This document shows, piece by piece, positions 37,117-47,618 of a DNA stretch of 64,000 nt. The stretch covers positions 53,532 through 117,531 of the forward strand of contig MHTJ01000002.1 in the NCBI GenBank assembly GCA_001823065.1, given 5' to 3'. This DNA is from Candidatus Vogelbacteria bacterium RIFOXYD1_FULL_44_32 (GTDB lineage: Bacteria; Patescibacteriota; Minisyncoccia; Phycocordibacterales; XYD1-FULL-46-19). Within the stretch, counting starts at the first letter, position 1, and every line of letters starts with the position of its first letter. The position numbers were made by a program, and so were the translations under genes. Under the pieces are notes generated by a model that was given only the letters and a program-made list of their open reading frames with translations, had not been told where the DNA came from and did not search any database.

Positions 37117-37176
37117 ACACTATTGTACTATCGGACAAAATAAAGGACAAACATATTCCTGTGGATAAGTCCGCTC

Positions 37177-37374
37177 TCCCTCACTTTTTTAAGCGGGCCC
37201 CGCTACGTCGGTTAGAAATCATAGTCACCTCACAACGAAAAACTCATAACTCGCTTCGCTCAGACAGATGAGTTTTTCTGCTTGGTTCCTTGATTTCCAA
37301 ACCAACTTTCGCAAAAGCTTAAAAAAGCGAGGGTTCGCTCAATATAGGGAAGCAAGGCTCGGCGAAAAACATTT
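37177..37374. repeat. Nested-hairpin MITE/REP-like element plus a fragment shared with the 47.5-kb element
   Basis: Nested inverted repeats around aactcgcttcgctcagac; 37352-37374 is the exact inverse of 47518-47540. Confidence 0.65.
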
Positions 37375-37400
37375 TCTCGCTCTTATTAAATAATACTTCC

Positions 37401-38309
37401 TCAAGTATTTTTCTTCCCATGGAATTTTTTATGGATGTCGCGAAGCTGGCGGTCAGTAATATGGGTATAGATTTGGGTCGTGGCAATATTGGAGTGGCCG
37501 AGCATTACTTGGACCGAGCGAATATCGGCCCCATTTTGTAAAAGGTCGGTAGCAAAGCTGTGGCGAATCACATGCGGGGTGACTTTGCCCGTAATACCGG
37601 CCTTCACCGCATACTGTTTTACAATTCTTTCAATACTACGAGTGGTGAGCCGAGTTGGGGCGTCGCCTTTTTTAGCCAGACTAACAAACAGCGCTTCCTC
37701 GACATCACCACGTTTGTGTAAATAAGCCTTTAGCGCATCTTTGGCATCATCCGACAAAAAAACTAGTCGCACTTTTTCTCCTTTACCACGAACAGTAAAC
37801 TCATCGCGGGCCAAATCAAATGAATCACGGTTTAGACCGGCGAGCTCCGACACCCGCAGACCAGTAGAAAAGAATAACTCGAGAAAAGCCCGATCCCGTA
37901 AAGACATTTCGCTACCACCCTCGGGGGCCTGCAACAGGCGAGTGAGCTCGGCGCTGGAAATAAGCTCGAGCTCGCGACCACCAGTTTTGGCCAGTTCTAT
38001 CCGCTCGGGGGCCAAGGATTTGACTCCCCGTCGGGCTAAATATTTGAGGAAAGTCCGCAAGGCAATAAGATAGTAGTTTTGCGTATTTTTCTTGAGGGTA
38101 CCAGCAGGGGAGGGTTGGCGGTTTAGCCAGAGGCGAAATTCACGCAAAACCTCGTCGGTAATACCCGAAGCGGTCGTGACCTTGGTTTGTTTTAAAAAAC
38201 GGGTTAAATAGCGGTCGTAGTTTTCAACCGTTTTTAGACTGCGACCTTTTTCAATCTCGATATATTCGAGAAATTGGCGTTTTAAAGTGTCGATTTCGGT
38301 GGTGGACAT
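37401..38309 (-). CDS. XerC/XerD-family tyrosine recombinase
   Basis: TGLRVSEL; VRGKGEKVR; TPHVIRHSFATDLL; LGHSNIATTQIYTH. Confidence 0.95.
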   Translation of the reverse strand: MSTTEIDTLKRQFLEYIEIEKGRSLKTVENYDRYLTRFLKQTKVTTASGITDEVLREFRLWLNRQPSPAGTLKKNTQNYYLIALRTFLKYLARRGVKSLAPERIELAKTGGRELELISSAELTRLLQAPEGGSEMSLRDRAFLELFFSTGLRVSELAGLNRDSFDLARDEFTVRGKGEKVRLVFLSDDAKDALKAYLHKRGDVEEALFVSLAKKGDAPTRLTTRSIERIVKQYAVKAGITGKVTPHVIRHSFATDLLQNGADIRSVQVMLGHSNIATTQIYTHITDRQLRDIHKKFHGKKNT

Positions 38310-38379
38310 AAAAGTTTAGAGTCGCACAATAATTATATGTTTATTTGACACAAATAACAAAAAGCTTAGACTAAATAGT

Positions 38380-38490
38380 ATCGGGGAGCACATTTCTCCC
38401 TGTTTCCTCATAGGGGCACCACTGCCCCCACCTCCTCCACTGGACCGGCCTCGCTTACCCCACAAAGGTAATCCGGCCCAGTGGTTTTTA
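38380..38490 (+). ncRNA. Candidate sRNA with exposed anti-Shine-Dalgarno
   Basis: TTGACA-16-TAGACT (38345-38372); three hairpins; CACCTCCT at 38429-38436; ends in a T-run. Confidence 0.5.
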
Positions 38491-38548
38491 TTTGTTTAAA
38501 ACTAGGGGAGAGCTTGCAAAATTAGGCCACATATGCTACTATTCGGCC

Positions 38549-38800
38549 ATGCTTACAACCAAGAAAAAAGCGGTGGTTATCAAAAAAACTGGCAAACACG
38601 AGAAGGATACCGGCTCGTCTGAAGTGCAAATTGCCCTGTTGTCGGAAAGAATCGAAGAGCTTTCCTCTCATTTGAAGATACACAAAAAAGATAATCACTC
38701 TCGGCGTGGTCTGTTGAAACTCGTCGCCAAGCGTCGCTCCCATCAAAAGTATTTGGAAACTACGGCTAAAAAAGCCGAAGCCAAGAAAGAGGCCGTCTAG
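38549..38800 (+). CDS. rpsO: 30S ribosomal protein S15
   Basis: [15 protein letters not shown]; [15 protein letters not shown]. Confidence 0.98.
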   Translation: MLTTKKKAVVIKKTGKHEKDTGSSEVQIALLSERIEELSSHLKIHKKDNHSRRGLLKLVAKRRSHQKYLETTAKKAEAKKEAV

Positions 38801-38878
38801 GTCTCTTTTGGTTTAGGGTGTATAATTTCTTAAGTTGTTGAGATAAATAAGTATTTTTAATAATCTGTTTTAATTTTC

Positions 38879-39448
38879 ATGCAAGTAATAAAACATAAAA
38901 GCCAGCGGGTCGGCGTTTTTATAGACACGCAAAATCTTTATCATTCAGCTAAAAACCTCTATGGGGCTCGCGTCAACTTTGGTGCCATCCTGAAAGATGC
39001 AGTGGACGACCGCCAACTTATCCGCGCCCGCGCCTACGTGGTCACCACCGAAGCTGGCGACGAAAAAAACTTTTTTGAAGCGCTTCATAAAATTGGGATT
39101 GAGGTAAAAACCAAAGACCTGCAAATATTTATGGGGGGCGCCAAAAAAGCCGATTGGGATGTGGGGCTCGCGGTAGATGCGATTTCCATGGCCCCCAAGC
39201 TCGACGCGGTCATTATTGTTTCTGGTGATGGTGACTTTGTGCCACTCGTCGAATATTTGCGGACCAATATGGGTTGCCAAGTGGAAGCGGTATCTTTTGG
39301 TCGCAGTACTAGTTTGCGCCTCAAGGAAGCCGTCGATGAGTTTTTAGACCTTGACCAAGATTCCCGAAAATATCTAATTGGCTCAGTTAAACCAACCAAT
39401 ATCCGCCGGCGCCGACCACCAGTAAAAGGGGAGGAAGGAAAAGAATAG
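38879..39448 (+). CDS. NYN-domain (LabA/DUF88) protein
   Basis: VFIDTQNLY; KADWDVGLAVD; VSGDGDFVPL. Confidence 0.93.
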   Translation: MQVIKHKSQRVGVFIDTQNLYHSAKNLYGARVNFGAILKDAVDDRQLIRARAYVVTTEAGDEKNFFEALHKIGIEVKTKDLQIFMGGAKKADWDVGLAVDAISMAPKLDAVIIVSGDGDFVPLVEYLRTNMGCQVEAVSFGRSTSLRLKEAVDEFLDLDQDSRKYLIGSVKPTNIRRRRPPVKGEEGKE

Positions 39449-39536
39449 AAAAAAATAAAGGAAAACAAAAAACCAGCTAGGCTGGTTTTTTTGTTTTCTT
39501 TAGATTTGTGATAACTTTAAGACAATTATCACTAAT

Positions 39537-39602
39537 CTGGTTTCTAGATAGACAGATTTGAACCGATAAATTACCAGTTCAAACCTGAAATCTGGGAACC
39601 AG
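39537..39602 (+). promoter_or_regulatory. Long hairpin in the pnp leader
   Basis: ctggtttctagat/atctgggaaccag and cagatttgaac/gttcaaacctg stems. Confidence 0.6.
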
Positions 39603-39614
39603 CCGATATATCTT

Positions 39615-41765
39615 ATGATCGAAAAAAAGTTTGAAACGGAAATTGGCGGAGCTAAACTCTCGGCCACTTTTTCGGACCTTGTGGACCAAGCCAGTGGCGC
39701 CGTGATGATGCAACTAGGGGAAACCGTCGTCCTGGTCACGGCGGTAATGTCTAAAGACCGTCGCGAGGGCATAGATTTCTTTCCGTTGGTTGTGGACTAT
39801 GAGGAAAAATTTTATGCCGCCGGACGCATCTTGGGTAGTCGCTTTATGAAGCGAGAAGGCAAGCCCAGTGATGAAGCGGTGCTGACCGGACGAATGATCG
39901 ACCGCACTATTCGCCCAATGTTTGACCAAAGAATGCGTAATGAGGTGCAAGTGGTAGCCACTGTCTTATCATTAGATGACAAAAATGACCCCTCGGTGCC
40001 AGCGATAATCGGGGCGTCACTCGCCCTCTCGATTTCTGATATCCCGTGGGCTGGGCCAGCCAGCGCGATTAGAATTGCTCTCGCTAAAGACCAAACGGAA
40101 TATTTAGTAAATCCCGCCAATGGCGAGACGGCCAATCTCCGTCTTGATACTTTAGTTTGTGGTCAAGATGGCAAAATTAATATGATTGAAGCCAAAGCGC
40201 AAGAGGTGAATGAAGAAGAACTAGGGTTAGCTCTGGCAAAAGCGGTAGCCGAAATAGCTAAACTAGAAGTGTGGCAAAAAGGAATTATTAGTGAAATTGG
40301 CAAAGAAAAAACTAGAGTTGACCTACCGGAAACCCCAGCCAAAGTAAAAGAACTTTTTGACCAACACTTAAACCCAGTATTAGCCGAGTATGTTTTTGCT
40401 GGTTTGCCTGGTAAAGGCAAAATGAGCGAACTCACCACTAAATGGGTAGAAATTCTAAAAGCTGAGACCGACGACCTAGTGGAACCAGGACTACGATTTT
40501 TAGATGAAAAAATAGACGAGGCACTCCACACCGAGGCGATTAATAACAACCGGCGCGCTGATGGTCGCCAAATGACTGAATTACGCCCGATCTATGCCAA
40601 AGCTGGTGGCTTGACCGAGATTGTTCACGGTACCGGTATTTTCTACCGTGGCGGGACCCATATTTTGTCGGTTTTGACTCTCGCTGGGCCAAAAGACTCA
40701 CAAATTATCGAGGGGATGGAAGTGCAAGGGAAAAAACATTTTATGCATCATTACAATTTCCCCCCTTTTTCCACTGGCGAGACTGGTCGGCTTGGTGGGA
40801 TGAACCGGCGCGCCATTGGTCACGGCGCGCTCGCCGAAAAATCGCTCGAGGCAGTCTTGCCACCGCGGGCAGTTTTTCCTTATACTATCCGCCTCGTGTC
40901 TGAAGCCATGGCCTCCAATGGCTCGACCTCGATGGGTTCTGTTTGTGCTTCCACTCTCGCTCTAATGGATGGCGGAGTGCCTATAACCAGGCCGGTCGCC
41001 GGCATTGCCATGGGTCTAATGTATGAGTCGGCGGAAAAATATAAAATTCTCACTGATATTCAAGGTCCCGAAGACCACCACGGTGATATGGACTTTAAAG
41101 TAGCCGGCACCACCGCCGGTATTACCGGCATTCAATTGGACATAAAAATGGCGGGAATTCCACCAAAAATTCTCACCGAAGCTTTAGTGGGTGCCAAAGT
41201 TGCCCGCCTTCAGATTATTGAAAAAATTATTTTGGCCATACCGACGCCCAGAGCCACATTGAAACCAACTGCCCCTCAGATTGAGATGCTGACAATTCCA
41301 GTCGGCAAAATCGGCGCCGTGATTGGTCCGGGAGGAAAAATGATCCAAAAAATAAGTGCCGACACTGGAGCTGAGATTGAAATTGAAGACGATGGTTCGG
41401 TTTTTGTGACTGGCCGAGGCGATGGTGCCAAACGGGCGCGCCAAATTATTGAAGAAATTACCCATGAATACAAAGTCGGGGAAAGATTTACAGGTATAGT
41501 CACTCGTCTAATGGACTTTGGGGCGTTTGTAAAAATTGGTCGTGATACCGAAGGTCTAGTCCATATTTCTGAATTAGCAGATTTCCGCGTCAATAAAGTA
41601 AGTGACATAGTGCAAGTCGGGGCTGAAGTCCCAGTGGTCATTAAAGAAATTGATGATCAACATCGGGTCAACCTCTCGATCAAACGAGCCGACCCAAATT
41701 TTGGCCACGAACACAAACCAGTAATTGAAACCAACCCAAGCCCTGAAACTAAAAGCGAAAATTAA
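39615..41765 (+). CDS. pnp: Polyribonucleotide nucleotidyltransferase
   Basis: [12 protein letters not shown]; [11 protein letters not shown]; [11 protein letters not shown]; GDMDFKVAG; KH and S1 domains. Confidence 0.98.
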   Translation: MIEKKFETEIGGAKLSATFSDLVDQASGAVMMQLGETVVLVTAVMSKDRREGIDFFPLVVDYEEKFYAAGRILGSRFMKREGKPSDEAVLTGRMIDRTIRPMFDQRMRNEVQVVATVLSLDDKNDPSVPAIIGASLALSISDIPWAGPASAIRIALAKDQTEYLVNPANGETANLRLDTLVCGQDGKINMIEAKAQEVNEEELGLALAKAVAEIAKLEVWQKGIISEIGKEKTRVDLPETPAKVKELFDQHLNPVLAEYVFAGLPGKGKMSELTTKWVEILKAETDDLVEPGLRFLDEKIDEALHTEAINNNRRADGRQMTELRPIYAKAGGLTEIVHGTGIFYRGGTHILSVLTLAGPKDSQIIEGMEVQGKKHFMHHYNFPPFSTGETGRLGGMNRRAIGHGALAEKSLEAVLPPRAVFPYTIRLVSEAMASNGSTSMGSVCASTLALMDGGVPITRPVAGIAMGLMYESAEKYKILTDIQGPEDHHGDMDFKVAGTTAGITGIQLDIKMAGIPPKILTEALVGAKVARLQIIEKIILAIPTPRATLKPTAPQIEMLTIPVGKIGAVIGPGGKMIQKISADTGAEIEIEDDGSVFVTGRGDGAKRARQIIEEITHEYKVGERFTGIVTRLMDFGAFVKIGRDTEGLVHISELADFRVNKVSDIVQVGAEVPVVIKEIDDQHRVNLSIKRADPNFGHEHKPVIETNPSPETKSEN

Positions 41766-41837
41766 AATTTCTCGCAATTCACAAAATAGCGCGAAAAATA
41801 CTGGTAAGTATGGCCCGCGCTATCTATAATATAAGTA

Positions 41838-43166
41838 ATGGCTGAAGAACCGATCGTAAATAATCTGGCGACAAGCAATGACGCCCCGGCAACAGTGGCG
41901 CCAACCGAAATTAAAGTGCCCCCCGTCGCTGTTACCAACAATGTGCCGACTCAAGCGGTGAGTCCAACCGCCCCACTGGCCCCCAAAGAAAATTCGGCCC
42001 AGTCTTTTCGAGACCGTCTGGAAACAGCCAAGCTAGCGATGGAGGGCCCCACCAGAACTTTGAAAAGAGAGGAAGATGAAACTGAAGCCAAAGTTAAAAC
42101 TGAAACAGCAGACATTGAAAAGCAAATTGCCCTGATAAATCATAAAAAAGAAAAACTAGAAATAAATTGGGTGGTCTTAGATACCAAAGCCAATGAATTA
42201 AAAACTTTGCTGGCCCCCGTCAAACAGGAGGAAGAGGATATTGAATTGGCTGAGGACCAACTAGAAGGGGAGGAACACACCACCACCGATGTTGTGGCCC
42301 GCCAAGATATTGAAAAGAAGCGTTGGGCCACCCAAGATAAACGGAAAGACCTAGAAAAACGAAAATGGGAACTGGAGACAAAAGTTTTAGATATTGAAAA
42401 TGAACTCAAAAAAAATACGACTGAATATCAATCCCTCTTGGATGAAGAAGAAGTATTGAAAAAGAAGCTGGAAACTTTAGAATACGAAATCCAGGCCGCT
42501 AAAGAACGAGTCCGCCAAGAGGAAGACAAGCGACGGCAAGAAGAGGAAATAAAAATTATTGCCGTCGAAGAAAAACGACGAGCGGAAGCCACTAAAAAAT
42601 TAGCAGAGGAAGAAATAAGAAAAAAAGAACAACTATTGGCCCAAAAGAAAGCGGAAGAAGAAGCGCACGTCCAGGCGGAAATGGTCAAGAAAAAATTGGC
42701 TGAGGAAAAACGTCAGCAAGATGATGCGGACCGTCTCAAGAAAATTGAAGCTGAACAAAAACAACGAGCGGAATTAGAAACTCATCGCCAGGAAGTGGCT
42801 CGCCAAGCCAAAGCAGTCGCCACTACACAGAGCCCCGACCCCGAAATAGTGCCGACCGATTTAAAAACCGACGACCAAAAACGAGCCGAGCTTCTAGAAA
42901 AAGCCCGTCAGGCAGCTTCGGGTACAGTAGCTCAGCCCATTCCACCCGCTTCACTAGTAGAAACGGCTGACCTCACCGATCCCCAGGTTGAAGGTAATAT
43001 TACCCCAGCCGAAAATAATCTAACCGATGATGAGGGTGTCCCGTCTTTCACGCCCGGTGAAACTTCAGCCTTACCCCAAATGAGAACCTTTCGCTCCGAT
43101 GCGGAAGAGATGTTGACCCCCGAACAAATCAAGGAGGCCAAGAAAAAATTCCCGTGGTTAAAATAA
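41838..43166 (+). CDS. Long coiled-coil hypothetical protein
   Basis: E/K-rich heptads with Pro-rich termini; TATAAT 7 nt before the ATG. Confidence 0.75.
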   Translation: MAEEPIVNNLATSNDAPATVAPTEIKVPPVAVTNNVPTQAVSPTAPLAPKENSAQSFRDRLETAKLAMEGPTRTLKREEDETEAKVKTETADIEKQIALINHKKEKLEINWVVLDTKANELKTLLAPVKQEEEDIELAEDQLEGEEHTTTDVVARQDIEKKRWATQDKRKDLEKRKWELETKVLDIENELKKNTTEYQSLLDEEEVLKKKLETLEYEIQAAKERVRQEEDKRRQEEEIKIIAVEEKRRAEATKKLAEEEIRKKEQLLAQKKAEEEAHVQAEMVKKKLAEEKRQQDDADRLKKIEAEQKQRAELETHRQEVARQAKAVATTQSPDPEIVPTDLKTDDQKRAELLEKARQAASGTVAQPIPPASLVETADLTDPQVEGNITPAENNLTDDEGVPSFTPGETSALPQMRTFRSDAEEMLTPEQIKEAKKKFPWLK

Positions 43167-43198
43167 AAACAGGTTTGAATTAATTTAATACTCCACCA

Positions 43199-44497
43199 AT
43201 GGAGGAAAATGATATAGCTAAAAAACGTGAAGCCGCTAAATTGGCGATGTCTGCTGGACGTCAGCCTCTGAATGGTTTTTCTGGTGGTCCAACTATCACC
43301 CCCGCGAGCTCACTCGAAACCGAGAACAAAATAATCGACGCCGAAAATGAAATCAACCAAAAAAGAGAAGAGGCGCGCAAAGCGATGGAAGGAATAGAAC
43401 GACGTAAAAAAAGAGAAGACGAAGAAAAAATTAATTTACAAAGTGCCGCTCGGGCCCAAGAAATTGAACTAATAAAAAAGAAACGAATATTAATTGAACA
43501 AAAACTAGAACAAGAAAAAATAGCCGCCCAAAAAACCGCGCAAACCAATGAGGCTAAAGAAGAGGAAACTTATCGCGAAAAGGTGGCAGAGTCTAAAGTA
43601 GAAATCGACCGGCTTAAAAACGACCTCGAACATATCACCCCTTTTCACAGTCTAAATACCGATATTACCGATTCCCATGATGAAAAAATAATTAGCCAAA
43701 CTGCACTGGCAATTGCCGAGAGAGAACAAAAATTAAATAAAGAACAACATATTCAAAAAAAAGCCACAAAAAATGTTATCCTCCAGGGTTTGGCTTGGGT
43801 GGTAGCTTTTGTGTTTGTGGGTAGTAGCCTCGGGGTATTGTATTACGTCTCCAATCTAAACAAAAAACAACAAGCTGGGGTAGATTTAAATATTCACAAA
43901 TCAATTATTTTTGTGGAACAGGAAAAAGAAATCCGGATTGATGGTAAAACTCCCAGTCAGATCAAGGCAACCATGGTGGCCACCGGCCAAACTGTAGCCG
44001 AGCACGATAGTTTGACTGATATTTATTTCAGTCGCACTAAAAAAGTAGAAGAAAAAGTAGTCAGTGAAAATTTGGGTGCCGGCGATTTTTTGGCGGTCAC
44101 CAATGCCGCCTTCTCACCTGATTTTACTCATTTTTTAAACCAAGAATTTGTGGCTGGTGTTTATACCAAAACCCTAAGCGAACAATCTTATATCTATCTG
44201 TTCAAAACTCGTAGTTTTGAACATGCTCTCGATACTCTGTTGCAAGATGATAAAAATATGACCATTGCCCTATACGACGGGCTAATCAATGAGCCCACTA
44301 AGAAAGCTATCGCAATGAGCACCTTTAAGGACGAAATGATTAATAACATTGATAGTCATGTTTTGCGCGACGCCGAAGGTAAAATTATTATGTTATATGC
44401 CTTTTTTGACCGCACCACCCTTATTTTTGCCCAAAATGAAGCCGCGATGCAAAAAGTACTCACCGCATTAGCCCGACCAACCACTTCGACCAAGTAG
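43199..44497 (+). CDS. Coiled-coil single-TM hypothetical protein
   Basis: N-terminal coiled coil; TM LAWVVAFVFVGSSLGVLYYV; C-terminal globular domain. Confidence 0.75.
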   Translation: MEENDIAKKREAAKLAMSAGRQPLNGFSGGPTITPASSLETENKIIDAENEINQKREEARKAMEGIERRKKREDEEKINLQSAARAQEIELIKKKRILIEQKLEQEKIAAQKTAQTNEAKEEETYREKVAESKVEIDRLKNDLEHITPFHSLNTDITDSHDEKIISQTALAIAEREQKLNKEQHIQKKATKNVILQGLAWVVAFVFVGSSLGVLYYVSNLNKKQQAGVDLNIHKSIIFVEQEKEIRIDGKTPSQIKATMVATGQTVAEHDSLTDIYFSRTKKVEEKVVSENLGAGDFLAVTNAAFSPDFTHFLNQEFVAGVYTKTLSEQSYIYLFKTRSFEHALDTLLQDDKNMTIALYDGLINEPTKKAIAMSTFKDEMINNIDSHVLRDAEGKIIMLYAFFDRTTLIFAQNEAAMQKVLTALARPTTSTK

Positions 44498-44538
44498 CCA
44501 ACTCTTGCCCTCCCAAACTACTGTGATAATATGTGTTT

Positions 44539-44904
44539 ATGATTGATACCAATAAATACCAAACTAAGCTCCTAGAGCTAAAAGCCCAAATTGAGACTGA
44601 TTTGGCCCAAGTGGCTACCACCAAACTAAACTCCGATGGTGAAAGGTGGAGTGCCGTGCCGACCGACCGAGACCAAGAAATGGAAATGCGTGACGAAGTG
44701 GCCGATCGTTTTGAAGACCTGACCGAGCGCGAAAGCGCCGAGCGGACTTTTGAAGCGCGCTTGAAGCAGGTCACCGAGGCCTTGCAAATGATTGCCGATG
44801 GTACCTATGGTATCTGTAAAATCGGGGGTGAAGAAATAGAAAGTGAAAGACTAGAGGCCAACCCCGCTGCCTCGACCTGCAAAGCTCATATCGATGCGGA
44901 ATAG
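44539..44904 (+). CDS. TraR/DksA-family protein
   Basis: DEVADRFE coiled-coil tip; ALQMIADGTYGICKIGGEEIESERLEANPAASTC. Confidence 0.88.
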   Translation: MIDTNKYQTKLLELKAQIETDLAQVATTKLNSDGERWSAVPTDRDQEMEMRDEVADRFEDLTERESAERTFEARLKQVTEALQMIADGTYGICKIGGEEIESERLEANPAASTCKAHIDAE

Positions 44905-44918
44905 CTAGTCAACTTTGT

Positions 44919-46460
44919 ATGTTTGCTACAACCAAATCTGCCCAACTCATCGGCCTTACGGCCGATGTTATTGGTATAGAAGTGGATATCGGCAAGGGCT
45001 TACATTCTTTTTCGATTGTCGGTCTCGCCGACAAAGCTATTGATGAAGCCAAAGACCGAATCAATGCCGCGATTAAAAATTCCGGTTTCAAAGCCCCCGC
45101 CAAAGGCAACAAGAAAATTGTGGTGTCACTGGCGCCAGCGGATATTAAAAAGACTGGCACCCACTTTGATGTTGGTATTGCCTTAGGCTTTCTCCTTGCT
45201 AATGGTGATATTAAATTTGATCCGACCAATAAACTTTTTTTAGGTGAGCTTGCCCTCGATGGGCGCATCCGCCCCATTCGCGGGACGTTATTCCTTGCCC
45301 AAAAAGCGCGCGACGCCGGTTTCACTGAAATTTATGTTCCCAAAGAAAACACCAAAGAAGCTGCTCTGATTGATGGCCTCGTCGTCTACGGTGCCGAGAC
45401 ATTGCGTGAGCTAGTCGACCATCTCTTTCCCTCAATCGACCCTGATGCCAAAAGGGTTTCATCTAACCTTGTCCCCGCCAAACGGACCGTAGTGAAAGCA
45501 AAAACCAGCGAACCAGAAATAGATATGGCCGATGTTAAAGGTCAAGCTGGTGCGAAGCGGGGACTTCTTATTGCCGCCGCTGGTGGACACAACGTGGCCA
45601 TGTTTGGTCCACCCGGTACCGGCAAGACCATGCTTGCTCGCGCTTTTGCCGGCATCTTGCCCCCACTTAATTTTGCGGAAATATTGGAAGCCACTGGCAT
45701 TCACTCGGCCGCGGGTGTTACTCGCACCCTAGTGGTACACCCACCCTATCGAGCCCCGCATCACACCGGCAGTTATGTGGCACTAGTGGGCGGGGGAACA
45801 AACCCTAGACCGGGCGAAATAACTCTCGCCCACACCGGTGTTTTGTTTCTCGATGAATTTCCTGAGTTTGATAAAAAAGTTTTAGAAGCCTTGCGCCAAC
45901 CACTGGAAGACCGGCGGGTGACCGTGGCTCGTGCCAAACACACCATCGACTTTCCCGCTCGATTTATTTTGGTCGCCGCTATGAACCCTTGCCCTTGTGG
46001 CTTCCGCGGGGCGAAAGCCAGAAACTGTGTTTGTGCCCCGCGCGACATTGCCCGCTACGAGAGAAAGTTGTCGGGCCCAATTGTGGACCGGATTGATGTG
46101 TGGCTTCAGGTGGCCGAAGTTAAACACGCCGACCTGTCGGCCGAGACCAAGGAAAAAACTTCCGCCGAGCTAAGTGAGAAGGTAAAAAAAGCGAGAGAAA
46201 TACAAGAAAAAAGATTTGCTGATACTAATATAAATTTAAACGCCGAAATGTCGGCCAAGCAATTGACTCAGTTTGTAAAACTATCCAAAGAATTAACTAA
46301 CCTTTTAAATACTTCCGCCGAGCGCCTCGGCCTGTCCGCCCGCGCCTACCACCGGGTTATCAAACTAGCGCGCACCATCGCCGACCTTGAAGCTTCGGCT
46401 GATATTAAAGAAAATCATCTTTTAGAAGCTTTGCAATATCGACCGAAAATTCAGAATTAG
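44919..46460 (+). CDS. comM: ComM/YifB Mg-chelatase-like AAA+ helicase
   Basis: IVVSLAPADIKKTG; GPPGTGKTMLA; PYRAPHHT; LFLDEFPEF; AAMNPCPCG; LSARAYHRVIKLARTIADL. Confidence 0.96.
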   Translation: MFATTKSAQLIGLTADVIGIEVDIGKGLHSFSIVGLADKAIDEAKDRINAAIKNSGFKAPAKGNKKIVVSLAPADIKKTGTHFDVGIALGFLLANGDIKFDPTNKLFLGELALDGRIRPIRGTLFLAQKARDAGFTEIYVPKENTKEAALIDGLVVYGAETLRELVDHLFPSIDPDAKRVSSNLVPAKRTVVKAKTSEPEIDMADVKGQAGAKRGLLIAAAGGHNVAMFGPPGTGKTMLARAFAGILPPLNFAEILEATGIHSAAGVTRTLVVHPPYRAPHHTGSYVALVGGGTNPRPGEITLAHTGVLFLDEFPEFDKKVLEALRQPLEDRRVTVARAKHTIDFPARFILVAAMNPCPCGFRGAKARNCVCAPRDIARYERKLSGPIVDRIDVWLQVAEVKHADLSAETKEKTSAELSEKVKKAREIQEKRFADTNINLNAEMSAKQLTQFVKLSKELTNLLNTSAERLGLSARAYHRVIKLARTIADLEASADIKENHLLEALQYRPKIQN

Positions 46461-46609
46461 ATTTGATTGACTTTTTTATAATTTATTGTAGTTTATCTGA
46501 GGATAAGCTGTTTCCGGCGGTGCCAGAAATGAAGTGTTTAAATTTGGTCTAAAACCAAGTTCAAACGGGGACTAACCCCCCATTTCAATACCGGAAAGGA
46601 GATAGGACA

Positions 46610-47257
46610 ATGACAAAACTCGAACGGACCCTGTTGAGAAAAGGGGTTCTGGTGTTGATGCAATGCTGGGAAGATAAAATAATGGCACCAGGATTTGTTT
46701 CCTGGGACATCAAGCAGGCAAGAAAACTCTTTGCTTGCACAATCTTCCAAGCGTCATGTTCCTGCTTGGGAATATTAGCGAGGGCACTTGAAAGCCCAAG
46801 GATGGCCGGATCCTGTGTCGTACTTATCATAATGTGCGCACTTTGGGTATATTTGACCACCAAAACATTTCACCAAGAATTTCCTGAGGCCGACTCTATA
46901 CGTAACATAAGAAAGGCCCATGGCTATTCCCAATTTTCTTCGGCTCTGACTTGGTTTCTGAAAGACAAGCAGTCCTTAGAGTTACAATTGGGTTTTAACA
47001 CTGGCACCCTCTCTGACAATTCACTCAACCTACTAAAAAGCGGCGCGACCGAGCGTATGGTGATTTTGGCTTATGCGGTCCTTGTCGCCCAAGACAAGAG
47101 TGGCGTCGGCAGCCCAGAAGCCCTAGGAAGAATGGATTTTCTCAGGGAATCACAAAAAATACTCCTGAGATTTAATCTCATCGGAGAAGACTGGACCCCG
47201 TACTTTGACACCGCCAAAGAAAGGTATGGGCGGGAAAAAAAGTCTGCCACAACATAA
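46610..47257 (+). CDS. Orphan membrane protein, SD-led
   Basis: TTGACT promoter near 46467; AAAGGAG SD; two TMs; terminator 47291-47330. Confidence 0.65.
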   Translation: MTKLERTLLRKGVLVLMQCWEDKIMAPGFVSWDIKQARKLFACTIFQASCSCLGILARALESPRMAGSCVVLIIMCALWVYLTTKTFHQEFPEADSIRNIRKAHGYSQFSSALTWFLKDKQSLELQLGFNTGTLSDNSLNLLKSGATERMVILAYAVLVAQDKSGVGSPEALGRMDFLRESQKILLRFNLIGEDWTPYFDTAKERYGREKKSATT

Positions 47258-47339
47258 GACCGAGTCTTAAATTCTTCTCAAGTTTTTTGCCCGCCCGCGG
47301 ACCACACGGTTCCGCGGGCGGTTTTTATTTCCCAACCCA

Positions 47340-47610
47340 GCGAACCCTCCTTTTTTTTGATTGTTGTGAAAGAAGTGACCTGTTTCCGCAACCGAGCGAG
47401 CCTAGTTCTGTTCCAAAACCTTGCGGAGGTGTCGGCCCGCCCGCCATCGCAAGCTCAGGCGTTGCGGGCGGGCCGGCAGGGTTTTGGCCTTGGGTATTTA
47501 CTCCAGCAGGAGCTAGGAAATGTTTTTCGCCGAGCCTTGCGCAAGGGCGACGGCCCGAGCAGAGCAAATTTTCAGCAGAAAATTATGTGTGCTCGCCGAA
47601 AAACATTTCC
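47340..47610. repeat. Composite of REP/MITE-like hairpin elements
   Basis: gcccgcccgc...gcgggcgggc hairpin; 20-bp inverted repeat 47516-47535/47591-47610 (19/20) around a core resembling 7199-7245. Confidence 0.7.
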
Positions 47611-47618
47611 GAGCGACC

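Noticed and set aside
37401-38309. Xer gene as an integron integrase with SD-led orphans as cassettes
   Set aside because: Housekeeping XerC/D motifs without an obvious IntI insertion, no attC-like sites seen, and the orphans are dispersed
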